Shown here: positions 28,738 to 42,656 of the stretch, piece by piece
How the letters are laid out: each line of letters opens with the position of its first letter
Numbering within the stretch: position 1 is the stretch's first letter
Source of the DNA: Trichoplax sp. H2
Lineage: Eukaryota
Length of the DNA stretch: 63,253 nucleotides
Reading direction: 5' to 3'
Assembly: GCA_003344405.1 (NCBI GenBank)
Contig: NOWV01000289.1
Span: 1 to 63,253, forward strand
The notes under the pieces: generated by a model
What the model was told of the DNA's origin: nothing
Database searches by the model: none
Seen by the model: only the letters and a program-made list of their open reading frames with translations
Made by a program: the position numbers and the translations under genes

Positions 28738-29191
28738 TGTGATGGAGAGTTTGATATTTCGAAGGACTGAGATTAATTGCCATTTACTATTAGTATACCA
28801 AAGGTTGTATAAAAGTTTTACTTTATTTTAAGTAGTTAAGTAAGTACAGTGAGATAGTTACGGTAGATCAGCGTGCAAGCTGTCGTGAGTAAGTTGTAAA
28901 GGAAAACTGGGAAACTAACAAATTCTGAGGTGGAAATTCGCGGTATTTATAGTTTTACAAATAGAGCACATGTAGAGAATAGGATTATAGAATTAGATAC
29001 AACATTTACCATAACAGATTACAACATAGCTGATAATTGTAGCAAACAGCGACTGTTGTAATATCAAAATAAAGTAGACTATATATGAATGTGAAGCTAG
29101 GGAACTGCAGATATGTCTAAATATAAGAGCAGTACAACATGTCTATATTTAGGAGTAGAATATAGTTACAGTATATTTTAAATACACCACA
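28738..29191 (-). mobile_element. Solo LTR, family B (454 bp), perfect 5-bp TSD GTTTA
   Basis: Minus strand reads TGTGGTG...CATCACA; GTTTA at 28733-28737 and 29192-29196; minus-strand TATAAATA near 28950 and AATAAA near 28825. Confidence 0.88.
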
Positions 29192-31233
29192 GTTTACTAC
29201 CTCGAATGTCTGTATTCGATAATTTAATCGTAATATCATATTCGTTATTGAAATATGTTGATAGTATAGTAAATATATCTATAAAGGCTGACAGAGTATA
29301 TTCTTAGGACTGTGATCAATAAATGTTCTTCAGGTTAAGGCTAAGTTGTGTGAGAGTTATATACCTTGCATATTGTGTGGAGCGAGCAAGTGTGTATCTA
29401 GCAAGAATTCCAATCACTATACTGTGGGCTAGGGAAGTAGTTCTGCGGATTGAAGTAAAGTTTATTGTAAGTACTAAGTTTTTTTTATTTTGCCACAAGC
29501 GTAGTTCTGGCAAAGGTCTAATTCGTCTAGATTCCAGGGCTATCGTAAATAAACTTCAGCTAGGGAAGCAAGTTCATGAAACTGATAGATTTATGGTAAG
29601 TGTTAAAATATAAATAAGAATTCCAATAATAGTCTATTTCTGACAAATTTGAAATGCAATTGTTGTTTTTCATCTCTTGTTTCTAGTTGATATAATACTT
29701 TCGTTACTAAGAATAAAATTGTGAGGATCTATGACTAGCTAGCTTCGAAAAATTTGCTAATATCGTAAGCGAAAGGAAAATAAGCTCTCATTTGGGCTAA
29801 TTATCGATCAAATTCTAAAGAATCATACACCAATCTAATCAATGAAACTTATTAAGCCTCATTATAGATTGTTTATGGGTCCAGTTATTTTAATTCGTGA
29901 TGACTTTATGACCATCTTTGCTAATTACTTGCCGTTGAGAGCATATTTACCCAATCCACGGTTCGTGCTGAACATTTAATAATTTAATAGATATTGATTT
30001 TTAACTTAATCTGCGTGTCCATTACTCTAAAGATAAAGCATGTCTTAAGCAGGCAGATTATCGATAGGATCTGCTGTACTTTATATATGTTAGATATACG
30101 CATAGCGTGTTCAGATAGCATGACATATAAGCTGTCTATAATTCGTATCGAATCATGTTCCAGTCTTACTTAAGTACTTAAATGTTGTTTAATATTCTAG
30201 TTTGGAATGCAATTTGAAAAATAAGTCTTTGTTTAAGCTTTTTACATGCAAATAAGAAGAACATACGTAAATTTTTAACCCTATTAGCTAACAATTTCGT
30301 TGCATTCTTGACAATGAAACCTAACGGATCTTGTTCAAATAACTTTACCTTAACCCAGTCTACCATATAGACAACGTCTGATTCCATTTGCAATTACTAT
30401 TTATACATTGGTTTAATATCGGGATTATTGGACCTTAAGATCATCGTATTACATATTCTCCATTGATTATTTTTAATTGCCACTGAATTCGTTTCTAGTG
30501 AATTATTAAGATTGAAAATTTAGTTTGCTGGATGGGATGACTCGTAAATGAGATTCTGTTTTTTCACGAAAGCAATTGTTCCATATCACAATCGGAGGAC
30601 TTGCGCAACAAACTAGCTTAATTATCATACCCACTTGTTACCCGATGATTTTGCATCTATTAGGGTAAATTTTTTTGACTATTTTCGTCCCTGATACGTA
30701 ATTAGACAGTAAGTTGCAGCATCACTCATAGTTTTGAAGCTTCTGTTGTGATCTTGAAGGAATGAAATTTATACCTGCAATTGAGATGTTACTCATATTT
30801 TTACTTCCGACAATAGGTAATAAGAATAAACATTCTTCTTTGAATCGATTATAATTATTAAAGTAGCCTGAATGCCAACTATAATCAATAATAATTTATT
30901 AGCCATTAGATGTATTTGTTCGTAACTACTTTTATCTTCATTAAGTATCTTCAGGAAACATTAGTCTCTGATTCATTGAAAGGCTTCAAAATTAATAGAG
31001 CGAACTAGGCTTTAAAATCAATTGTAGAAAAATATATAAATGCGGTATGCCGGATAACAAAGAGTTTCTTAAAATCACTGTTTAACGCAAAATGCAAAGT
31101 GTGCTAGTTTTAGCGTTAACTACTCACATAAGAAGTGTGTTCTGAATGGTGCAGATATTTTCTGCCTGCTAAATGGTTTAGGACCTGACTTCATGATCAT
31201 AAATTACGCAATCTTGTTGCTCAGCTTCTTTGT

Positions 31234-31930
31234 AACGCCATACTACTTTTACAATGGAGCAATCATTGCTTTATTTCAACTCTTATTTATTATCCATTTA
31301 CTACAGTTTACTTTCGTAGTAAGGCAAAGAGGATTTTCTGATCTCTCAATAATGTATTCTACATCAGGATGCGAAATCAACTAAATTTAATTAAGTCTCT
31401 GTCACGGTACGCCGTTACTAATTAAGTAACTGTAAATTAATGAATGCTTATGAATAGATAAGATAAGGTTATGTGCTATGTTTTAATGCGCTTGTAGCTG
31501 ATAATAGGATGGTAGAAATGAAATAAAAATAGAAGTTGTTAGCAGTTAATTTACTGTAGGTTTATAAGTTGTGTTAATCTCTAAAAATTGAGCTGTATAT
31601 AGACGAAGGTTAAGCGTCTTAACACCTGATAGCTTGTAGCTATCTAAGTCTGAGGATATCGACATGTATATTTAGTAATGGTATTATACTAATTAATGTA
31701 ACTTGTAAAGCATGAATTCTCACTCGTTAATATTGGAATTCACTNNNNNNNNNNNNNNNNNNNNAACGCCATACTACTTTTACAATGGAGCAATCATTGC
31801 TTTATTTCAACTCTTATTTATTATCCATTTACTACAGTTTACTTTCGTAGTAAGGCAAAGAGGATTTTCTGATCTCTCAATAATGTATTCTACATCAGGA
31901 TGCGAAATCAACTAAATTTAATTAAGTCTC
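31234..31930. repeat. Allelic overlap across gap 31745-31764 (31234-31399 = 31765-31930)
   Basis: 166 bp apparently identical; explains the duplicated short ORFs at 31193 and 31712. Confidence 0.9.
31400..31744 (+). mobile_element. LTR-like insertion, truncated by gap, present on one allele
   Basis: Starts TGTCACGGTACG, the same 12 nt as the LTR at 13556, exactly at the divergence point after GTCTC; empty site at 31930/31931. Confidence 0.75.
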
Positions 31931-32366
31931 GTTTAAGACTTTCGTTAAAGTATTCACCTATCATTAGCATTAATTACAATGAATGAGGTCCATGTTGTTA
32001 TTCGGGCAAATTAAGATAATTAATTATGAAATATTTTCCTACATTATTATTTAAGAACTTCAATATAATCCCTATAATTATCGACCCGAGTTAAACTTTG
32101 AGTAACATTGCTGTGCGGATACTTTATACTTCTATAATTAAACGCTAAAACTCGAAGTCTAAAAACGTATCAATTTTTAGATGATTTCAAATTAAATTTC
32201 AAATCTTTTAATTAATTATCATTAAGCTTTATTAAGATTAGGTAATTATTGATCATAATTGGTGTAGGAATAGCAACATCGGTAAATTAGTCTTATTGCT
32301 AATATATCCTCTGCTCTAGCGATTGCTTATTCAATCTGGCACGACGTTACCTAGTAGAAAGCAGTA

Positions 32367-35300
32367 ATGTCTCAAAATTTTACTGAAAGCATTGATAACT
32401 CAACATCCATATTCGACGATCAAGCTGAGACCTTGAATGATACAAAATTTGGCACTGCGGATAATGCTGCTAGTTCTTTACAGTCTGAAGATGATATTAA
32501 AGCTCAACAAAATTTTATTGAGCAGGATGAAGCTATTATAAAAGTAGAAAATACATCTATTGAATCCTCTACCGTTTTTGAGAGTAATTATAATGAAGTA
32601 AATTTTAACTCAGAAAGCAATCAATCTATGAAGAAGGAGATTAAAAAAGAGAACGAGGATGAATTGCAAGAAGATTTCAATAATTATTTTGATCAATCGA
32701 ACGAAAATGGCGACTTTATCGAGGATAATAATAAATTCTTGGATATGGAACAAAACTCAAAATCTGAACATTCCAAACTAACTGGCGCGGAACAAGTTTG
32801 CCAGCATGGCGTACATTTTAGTTGTCAGGATTGCAAATTACAGAAGCAAAGAGCGCTTACACGAAATAGAGTTCGATTACATCGAATGAGAAAACGACAA
32901 AAACAATATTTACAAAGTTTAATGTAAGTAAATTTCAGTAAAGCCCTAATAACATTTTCTTTGAACCAACAGAAGGCCAAGCTCTAGTGACAATCATATC
33001 ATGATGAAGAATAACCCCTGATAAATTAAAATAACTCTTAATATACTTTCTAGGGACGATAATGAGCAAATACCATATGCTTCTAGATGTGCGAATGGAG
33101 CTATCAGTAGAAGTCGTGGATACGCTATATCGACAAATAATCGTAAGAGTGAGAATATAATATTTTACTGGAATCTTTGATATTATCCGACAGTCATAAC
33201 AGTTATTAAAAATTGAATGCTAATAATTTTGATACATTTAATATTAGGAGTTGAAGATCGTAAATATCAATTAGCTAATTCGTCCGTTGAAAAAGCAAAT
33301 CAAGGCTACTATGTCGAACCCTCCAAAATTCCTAATAGTAATTTGCTACTCCACTCCTTACAGGTCTCAGGTCATAAAGAGCATTCTAACTGTAATACAT
33401 CGATTTACTATCCATCATCTTCTAATAATGTATCGGCTGAGGCAATGATTTACTCAGAAAAGGAAGATCAGAATAATCCCTTTTGCTCCAAATGTTTAAG
33501 AAAATATGATAAAAATAGGAATTTGGCTTCCTCATTCTGCCCACACACGCAGCCAATGCGTGGTAGGGCACGTAATTTTGGTCTTTTAAATTCTACAAGG
33601 TTAGCTAGCGAGAGGATATCGTTGTGGATGTGTTTAAAACATTTACTGAAATATTTTTTATTTTTTTGATCGTTGTTATCATCAACTATAAAAATTCACA
33701 TTCAGTAAGAATTTATACGACAAATCTGTTGCACCAAACACAAATGAACACCACCATCTAAATAAAGACAGAGTAGATCACCAGGGCGATTATGGTAAGT
33801 GAGCAAGTTAGTCTACGTATTTCCTGTTGATGCTTTTGTAGTTTTAAAGCGCTATTAAAAGCTGGCCTATCGATTAACTAGGGAATTTTGATCTTAATAA
33901 TGTTATAGCTAAAACAGCTTATGGAGATGACCAAGAAATGGACAATTTTCACTGCATTGCAGATGCAGCTGGTGATAATTTTTTAAATGATACCGCCTGT
34001 TATGATTGTTCACATAGTGCGAATAAGATTACTGATGTTATAGATTATATAGATAAAATGACTACAGACAGTAAAACTTCTCTAGTCAAGAAAAAACACT
34101 ATTGCGGAATAGGTAAAGAATGTATTGTCTATGTCTGTAGTCGTGGAAAATGCCGAGGGAGTTTGCAAAATGCAAACATTGCAAATTACTGTCCATATGG
34201 TATAAAATTAATCAATAACTTTTCTTGCGGAAATTCGTATCGAGTTAAAGTATTCGGACAGCATAATCATAAGGTACAGGAAAAAGATATTCTTTCCGCC
34301 AATCAAAAGCTACATGGGAAAGTTAAAAAATGGATAACGGCTTGCCTTCTTAGTGGAATGAGTATAAAGCGTATATTTAAAGCTAGCATAGATCAAGAAA
34401 ACATTCTCAGTATTGGTCGTATTCCTATCTGTAACGTAGCACTAAAAGGACTTGATGCAGCATCAGCATGGCACCCGTCCATCAACCAAATTGCAAAGGT
34501 TAAAAAGATGGTCAAGAAATCTCGAAATAGCTATGTCAAGCTTAAATTGAATATTCCAAAAATGCTTGACAAATATCGTGATCAAGTTCTGTATATCAGT
34601 ACTTTTGAAGATACCGAATCCATTAACTTATATCTATCTATGGCTAATAAAGGCTTATCAATTTGCAATGCGGATTCATTTAGTCCAATTAAAGTGCCTA
34701 ATAATTTGTTTCTTTGCGTATTGCAAACAGAATATATGCGGGCCCGCATGCTAAGCATACAAAATTTGCGTTCAGGCAAATCAGTCTTACACTATTCAGG
34801 CACCAAAAAATTAAATGCTTGTGGACTAGTATTAGGTGCCTTTCTCTATAGATGTCATGCTAAATTAGGTGAAATCGTGGCATATGTTATTTTATCCGAT
34901 CATAGTGTAGAGTTGTTAGGTACTGCTTTATCGAAATTGATTTTGGTAGGACTAAAACCAGATATTGGAATAACCAATAAATGTAATAGTATGATATGTG
35001 CCTTTGAGTGCCTTTTTGGTCCGTCGTTTCCAGTTTTTATAGATCGCAGCTCTATTTTGGATCAATGGAAGAGATGGTTAGCATCATCTAGGCATCATCC
35101 TCCTAATTGCTTCCCTAGTCCAGCAGATCAATGTTTTATACTAGACAAGATTAGAATACTAGCTACTACTACGGAAGTGGAAAACTTTGCCATAGAAAAA
35201 CGGATATTACTCCGATATTGCAAGAAAAAAGGCCTTGATCACGTAAATCATCATTATAGCAACAAATATGGCTTATCATTAGAACAAGCACTCAAAAGTT

Positions 35301-35539
35301 ATAATGATCAAAATATTCAACGGAAAATCCCCCTCTATGATTGTTGCGAAAAATTTTGGTGCTTGGTTTATCAAAAAAGTGACTCGGAATTAATATCATC
35401 AGAGAGCTTAAGCGCTATTGGCAGAAGACATTTTGAAGAATTATATCATCATATTGACATGAAGAAAGGCAGAAATGTTCAAAAGTTTATTTATCAAGTG
35501 TTTGATATTATGAAATTACAGTGCCATGCAGCCAAGTAA
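32367..35539 (+). CDS. MULE-transposase-derived protein A, about 905 aa, 5 coding exons
   Basis: Exons 32367-32923, 33054-33142, 33248-33599, 33706-33794, 33909-35539; all GT-AG, total 2718 nt, frame open. Acidic N-terminus then CQH..CQDC and basic RNRVRLHRMRKRQK. Last exon has C-x17-C-x23-HNH followed by FLCVLQT...VLHYSGTKKLN...IVAYVI...PDIGITNK...WKRWL, matching the MULE core layout. Confidence 0.8.
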
Positions 35540-36470
35540 ATTTATTGACAGTATTTATAAAGTACCATATTACATATGCACTTATTCGTCTTTGCTAAAG
35601 GATATCCATTTACGAATAAATGCGATTATACTTAATTTAATCTGTCTAAATGTCTACGTAATGGTAGCATTTGGGTTTTACATGAGAGACATAGTTTACC
35701 AAATTGGATTTGTTATCTTTAGAATAAGCGAAAAAAGCGAATTGATAGTTTACTTTAGCCAATATATTATATGAGTTTAACACTAGCATATTAATAATTA
35801 ATGACTCTGGGACAGTATTTTGGAATAAATGACAAATGTGAAAATTGAAGGTAAAAATAGTATTTCATTGTCTAGCTTTTCTAATGCAATCGTTGGTGTT
35901 AATGCTTTAAATAATAATACGATAAAGAAATGGAAATTGGAAGAGAAAAACGGTGCATACGATGATAAACTAAGATACTATAACTTATACTACAATATAT
36001 TCCAAAATGTGTCGGTAGAGTTAAGTGAAATAATATTGACATAACAAGCCAAAGACATATTCCAGTATGAATAAGAATAGCATGTGCACTAATAGTCTGC
36101 ATATTAAAGTTCAACTAAGCTAGAGCTTCTAATGCCTGCGCATACCATTACTTCATTTACGTTAACTATTTGGAATGGTAAATTGATTAAAATTGCAAAG
36201 CGACAAGAGAAACTATAGGACTCGAAGCGATAGCACTTGAAATATCATAGTAACATTAGCAGAGATCGGAAAACCACAGTACCTGCAAGATCGATTTCAA
36301 GTAACCCCTACTCCTTAATACGAATCTGTTTAGAAATTATTCAAGATTTAGAATATTGATCAAAATATCGATGAATTGCTGCGAACTAATCATGATACAG
36401 TATATTCCTCGATCGACTATTTTCTGTACTTACACTGATGCCAGCTTCTACCCCGTTTTTCAATTTTAGT

Positions 36471-39436
36471 ATGTATCCGAACAATGTAAAGGATGTGATA
36501 GACAGGATCATTGCGAATAACCAAGAGATCTTGAGGGAGAGTAGAATGGAATTAGAAAATTTAAATTATTGCAAGCGATCGATCCAATCTTCAAGTGATG
36601 TTGATTTTCATTTGCTTTGAATAACTTTCTTAGAATTGTTATTATTGAAAGATTGTTTCTTTGGGTTCAGCTAGAGCTGATGATCATGTCAAATTGAATT
36701 GATATTTAGGAAGAGATCGAAGTGAAAATCGCCATTTCCTTCAAAGACAACAACATAAATCAAGATCAGCATCCAAGTGTACGACCAATCTTAAAAATTG
36801 GTGCGCTATTGCATGTTGTGCTTACCAATGATACTAAATTTCTTTTTTAAGTGAGATTAAAATGATCTAAATTTACCTTACGATTACGGTTGTAAAATTA
36901 GGATTTCTATGCCGATAAATGGCTTTAGGCCTAACCATAGACATTCATTTCAAAGAAGGTCTTATTCGGTGGATGCAGGTATACTTATGATAGATTTAAA
37001 ACTGATATAATTTCAATCCTATCAAAGTACAGAGATTTTAGAAAATTACGGTGCTTTATAGCATACACCATTATTAAATCCGTACATACTATAACATTTG
37101 TAGATAGCAACAATTTTCTTCATTTTAGTTCCTCGGGACTGTCGCTGTACTTTTCAAGAACACTTTAGTTCAGATATTCAAGTTGGCAAACAGAGTTCAA
37201 ATCCCTGTAATACATCAGGAAGTAATGTTCTGATCAATAATAGGTCTGAGATTTCACTAAGAACACAGGTATAGTATTGCTAAAGTGTATCAACCTTATA
37301 ATTTTTGCTATGATTTACGGTGTGGTAGAGCAAAGGACTCGAATTAACCTATCTTATATCGCTGAAATCTTTTCAGGGTAAGCAAACTTTACATGGAGAA
37401 GAAACTAGCCACAGTATAAGACAAAGGTTTAACTCTTATTATATCATATTATGACTCCAATTAGATTTATACTTTCTAGAATAAATTTTGTTTCAATTAA
37501 ATTTAATAGAAACTCTGAAAATATTTATAGAAAGCAATATAATGCAACCAATCCTAACAATATTTTCATCGATGATGGCAGGAAAAATAAAGCGCATAGT
37601 ACACCAGATAATCTTATTTCTAAACCATTAGGCGATGAAATTTATCCGTGCCATGGTCGAAATCCCATGCACATAATTAATACATGATGAATTGTAATAC
37701 GTTTATTTTTGCAATGTTTACTAGAAAATCTGAAGAAATTCATTTACAAGACAGCGAATAGAAATCTAAGCCATGACACGAGCTCCGTTTCAAATTCTTC
37801 TATCCAGACAGTCAATATGAACAGCTTAGAGGATCTTGATGATTTCCCTTCAAAATGGCAAGCTTGCCAAAAACAAACCGGAGAAATTCCAGTGTCTGAA
37901 CTCAGTTCCTTTTTAATAAATTTAACTGCAGATAACAGCTTTACTTTAACCAAAAATAGTCATGTCATGAATGGCAGCAGTGAAGAACTCTGTTTCTTCT
38001 GCCGCAGAAATGATTTCTTGGAGGGTCATGCTAATACAAAAAGCAATGTCAAGCCGTGTCCATTTTATGTCAAAATATCCAATTTCTACTGCAAAAGAGA
38101 GGTTTACCAAATTGAAATACAAGGATTTCATAATCATGCTACGAAAAACAGTAAAGCTAATAATCAAGTCCGTCGAATTCTTCATCGCTCTGTAAGAGCA
38201 TGGATCATTGCATGTCTTCGCTCAGGTATGAGTACAAGACTTACATTTATGGCCAGCATTAATCGTCTAAATATTCCAGGAATAGGCTCGATCCCAACCA
38301 GTAGCAACAATGCGCGTTTATCATCGTCATCCAATTCGATCATCTGGAATCCAACGCTGAAGCAGATCATTAATATTAAGAATAAATTAAGAAATGCTCA
38401 TCAATGTCACATCAGCGATAACCATTGTGTACGAAAACTGATTTTAAAATACCGCAATGATGTAGTTTACATGAGCACTTTTGAAGACACGGACGCTGTT
38501 AATCAATTTCTTGAAATAAGAAAAAAACATTTACATAAATCGAATTGCTCTATTGGTCTAACTCATGTACCCAAAGATTTATTTCTTTGCGTTTTGCAAA
38601 CGGATTTTATGCGTAAGCGTATGATAAAGATCCAAAAGATAAAGCAAGGAGATGCAATTTTACATTATCATACCATAGATGGACTTGACTGGCATGGTCA
38701 ACCTATCGGATCATTATTATACAAAAACGAATTTGATGTCGCAGAAATTATCGCATACATAATATCATCAGAACCAATCGTTGAGCTGTTAAGTATTTCA
38801 CTTTCTAAACTGGTTGAAGTTGGATTATCTCCTGATGCGGGGATAGTAACTGAATGGAACTATATTGTTAGCTCTTATAAGTGCATTTTCGATGATTCAT
38901 TCTCGATATTTATTAGTAGTTATCATTTAGTAGAAGGATGGAAGAGATGGTTAGTATCTGTAAAGAATCATCCCATTAATTTGACGCCTACTGAAGCAGA
39001 TCGCATTACAATATTAGACAAAATTAAGACATTAGCAACAACTGACCAGGAAAATATTCATGCAGAAACGAAGCTAGGCTTATTTAATTACTGTCGAGAT
39101 AGAGGACTCCATCATATTATTGAGCATTATAACGAAAAATACGCAAATAATACCACAAATAGGAAAATAAATGGCGGTATAGAAAGGCAAACAACTGGGC
39201 AAGTGAGCGAAGATTGCTGGTGTTTACTATTCAAAGAGAAGGTTGCTAAATGGCTTCAGAATGACAATCTGCATACTAGTATGGCATATCAAGCGCCGTT
39301 GAATTATAATATCGAGAATAAGAAGATAACTGTAGAAGAGAATGTGGTAGAGCGTATAATTTGCCTTATGAAATATCAAGAAGAAGCGGTAAAGTTATTG
39401 TTAAGTAATGAGAATCAAGATGATGAAGTGAAATAA
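36471..39436 (+). CDS. MULE-transposase-derived protein B, about 779 aa, 7 coding exons
   Basis: Proposed exons 36471-36594, 36710-36800, 36902-36978, 37129-37268, 37377-37426, 37510-37655, 37725-39436; total 2340 nt, frame open, some donors weak. Last exon is clearly paralogous to protein A (WIxACLxSGMS, YxSTFEDT, LFLCVLQT, WKRWL, ILDKI) with C-x18-C-x23-HNH. Confidence 0.75.
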
Positions 39437-42400
39437 TTTTGTATAAAGTTGTTCTAAAAGTAGTATCATAGCACCGTATTGAAATAAATTTAAAAGTTTA
39501 TTTTATTAAGCATGTGAGGTTAAAGGAGAAAGCTATAAAAAATAAATTAATTCAATAACCAAAGTACCAAGTAATAAAAGTACACTAATATTACGTTAGA
39601 TGTTTGACAACCGTTATGGGAATTTTGATAAATGGAAAGATAAAATTATCCACTAAATTTTTTTGATTATTAGACGTTCTAAAGTATGGTACGATTGTTA
39701 TTGAATTCATATATTTTATCATACGCGTATATACTCGTATATATAACTGCATTTGTGGAGTGAAATGATGCTCGGTTCTCTTTTCTTTACCTACCTATTC
39801 TCTTGATTGTATTGGTTTGAAATATTAATATTTGTAACGACTCATACTGTAATTGTGTTTTAATATTTTCATAAGGTAGACAACATTAGCATGCATTATA
39901 TTCACATGGTGACATAGAACATGTGTTATATGCATATATTTAAATACCGTTACCCAATGGGCTATACGATGAGTACAATAATGTAATTACTGATTCGGAA
40001 AAATAAAGGGAGAGTTCATTGTAGGTTTGTTTGCCAGTCTATCGTATGCACTACAATTAACTTAGATTTCTATTAAGAATCATGACGAAAGACAATTCTT
40101 TTCTCAGATCAAAATCATATTTTCTTCTAAATAGCGTAGCTCATTTCTGTAACGATTGGCTTTAGATTCTATGAATTATAGGTACTCCAACCTATTAGAT
40201 CTTCACGAATAGTGAATACAGTACCGTAACAAACTAATACTCTAACATCACATATGATAAATTTTGGTTTAGATTTTACTAGTACAAACTCACGTCGCTT
40301 TGCTGACGTTTTACGATAATGTACCCATTTGTCAATAATTAACAGATAGTGTTACCATTCGACCTTATATATATCCCGGTAATAGTCAGGCACTACTATA
40401 TTCACAGCTGTGCTTCTAGAATATTACTTTTAGATAACGCATTGACGGATTAAGTGCTATGAAATGCTATATTAAGATTAGTTCATAGTCCAAAGCACAT
40501 TATGATAACTAATGTACGGTGATGGACAAACCAAGTTAAGATTAGCAGGTACTGTAAGATATAGACAGTGCGGTACAATGTCCTAAGTACTGTACTGTGG
40601 TCAATTCTATACCTATCATTATAATGTATCTAAGGATCGCTTGCGTATGCAAGCAAAGCTTGCTCTGTCGATAACAACTGTTCAAAGAAAATGTAACAAT
40701 CAAAATGGCTACGTAGAAAACTCTCTAAAGATTTGATGCTTATTCAATTTTCATCCGAGTATTACATCAAATCAAAATGTAAAGACCCAGTAGCCACCCT
40801 TAGCGATATAAGGAATACTATTTTAAGAATTAGTACTCTGCAGAAATGACTACCTTAGAGCTATTCGTTTTACATGAAGATATCTTGAGGTAAAAAGTGC
40901 TGTAAAAATCATATACTGACCTATTGAAATAAACCCATAATCACAATCATCCAATAGTAGTATAAATACCCCCGCGCTGCTGCGGGTGGGTGGAATTTTA
41001 ATTTTTACTTGCAATCGTTATTGACCTGCGCGAGCCAGTATTTTGGTAGTCTCCAACAGTATTATAGCGTTAGATAATATCTGTCAATTTTCGAACGAGT
41101 AATTTAGGTAAACTCTTGTCATACCGTCGACATGGTTAATATAATATCGAAGGGAAGTTATGATATCAGCAATAGTTCGATTCTATCCATACTTTACTAC
41201 GTCGACTTTAAACTTACAGTATACAGTCTACCCTTAAAATCACTAAAATTTCTGCATTAAACACAATAACAATATCAGCTGACAATATTATGTAGAAATT
41301 ATAGATATTGAGAAGTAAATGAAAAGATTTGAAAAAAGTTATTTTCGGTCGCTAAGAAAGCACTTTAAATAAATTAATGGTAATCAAACGATCGGTAATA
41401 AAACTGTAATTTTCGACAATGCCATCCACATAGCGCTGCATCACTTACGGTAATAAAAACAGTTAACATTATCGAATCCTACATCTACTTTATATGTCTT
41501 CTGCACCTAGCGCTATGAATCTGAATAAACCGTATTAAGTCTTCATGTATTTATTGGTTTAGTAAAAATAATATAGACAACTGGTATGATCTAGCATAGT
41601 ATACAGTCTGAATCAACTGTTGCAAAGGATAGAATGACTAAAAAGTCTCATCGTCGCCAGTCTTATCAATAATCATGACGATTATGATTAATAAACACTA
41701 TGAATAATATCTTTTATCACTTTGTTATTTTTTCAATAATGATAACGCATATTACTAATTCAATCGATAATTATCCAATAGCGTTACAAAGAGACAAGTA
41801 AATACGTTAGCAAAGATAATTTTATTAAAAGTCTGCCGTAATGAACTAGTGAAATATAATTTCTCTAAATTTTTAACATCATCGGCCTATCACAACTACC
41901 GTATTTCACTAGCAGTAAATGACTTTTGCTTACATTAAAACACAGTATATAATTTTGGATGGCAGAAGAAGACTTTAGATTTATTTGGATAAATTGGACA
42001 ATAATTATGAATTTACTCTTATCCAGAAAATCAGTTGTAACCCAATCAAATTGTATGAGTATTACAATTACAAACCCAATTGAAATTGTTACTCTTTCTT
42101 GAAAGATTCTAATTTAAAGGCAAATAATAATGTTAATTACAGCATTATAAAGCTATTTTCATCAAGTTATTGTAATATCGTTATTTGCAGACAGGTAAAC
42201 AGTACTACCCGACATATTTAAGAAATATACGAAGGTTATGACAAAAACACGTAGCGGTATAAATTAAATTTAAACTAACTTTAAGAGTGATGGTATTTGA
42301 CTCAATAGACCAATTTTGGCCAGTTGTTTAAGTAATAGCACGTATTATACAATGGATATGGCTTAACATACTACAAGATACGGCAGGGGTAATGACATTG

Positions 42401-42656
42401 ATTACCGAAAATTAAAATCATAATTGGGCTATATTGATAGTGCTTCAAAATTAGGTAACGAAAATCTTATCGCAGTAGCTCTATCTTTCTTAATGGATAC
42501 TATGATCTTTCTAAAATCTGGAGACGAATTCGACTATTTTTGTTCGGGGAAACCTTTGAATATTAATAGCGATAAATTTAAAAATGACCATAGCTGACAA
42601 CACTTACTGTGAAGTAAAAGGTTAAATGTACTATTGGAAATCAGCGATAATAAAAA

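Noticed and set aside
31193..31915. Two near-identical short ORFs as a gene duplication
   Set aside because: Product of the allelic overlap around the gap; no motif.
33938..39436. Active Mutator transposons
   Set aside because: Catalytic Asp positions and CxxH are substituted, no TIRs or TSD seen, and both ORFs are joined to upstream host-like exons.
40148..40625. Additional solo LTR starting TGTAACG with a minus-strand TATA
   Set aside because: No matching CA end with a TSD could be found; left unannotated.
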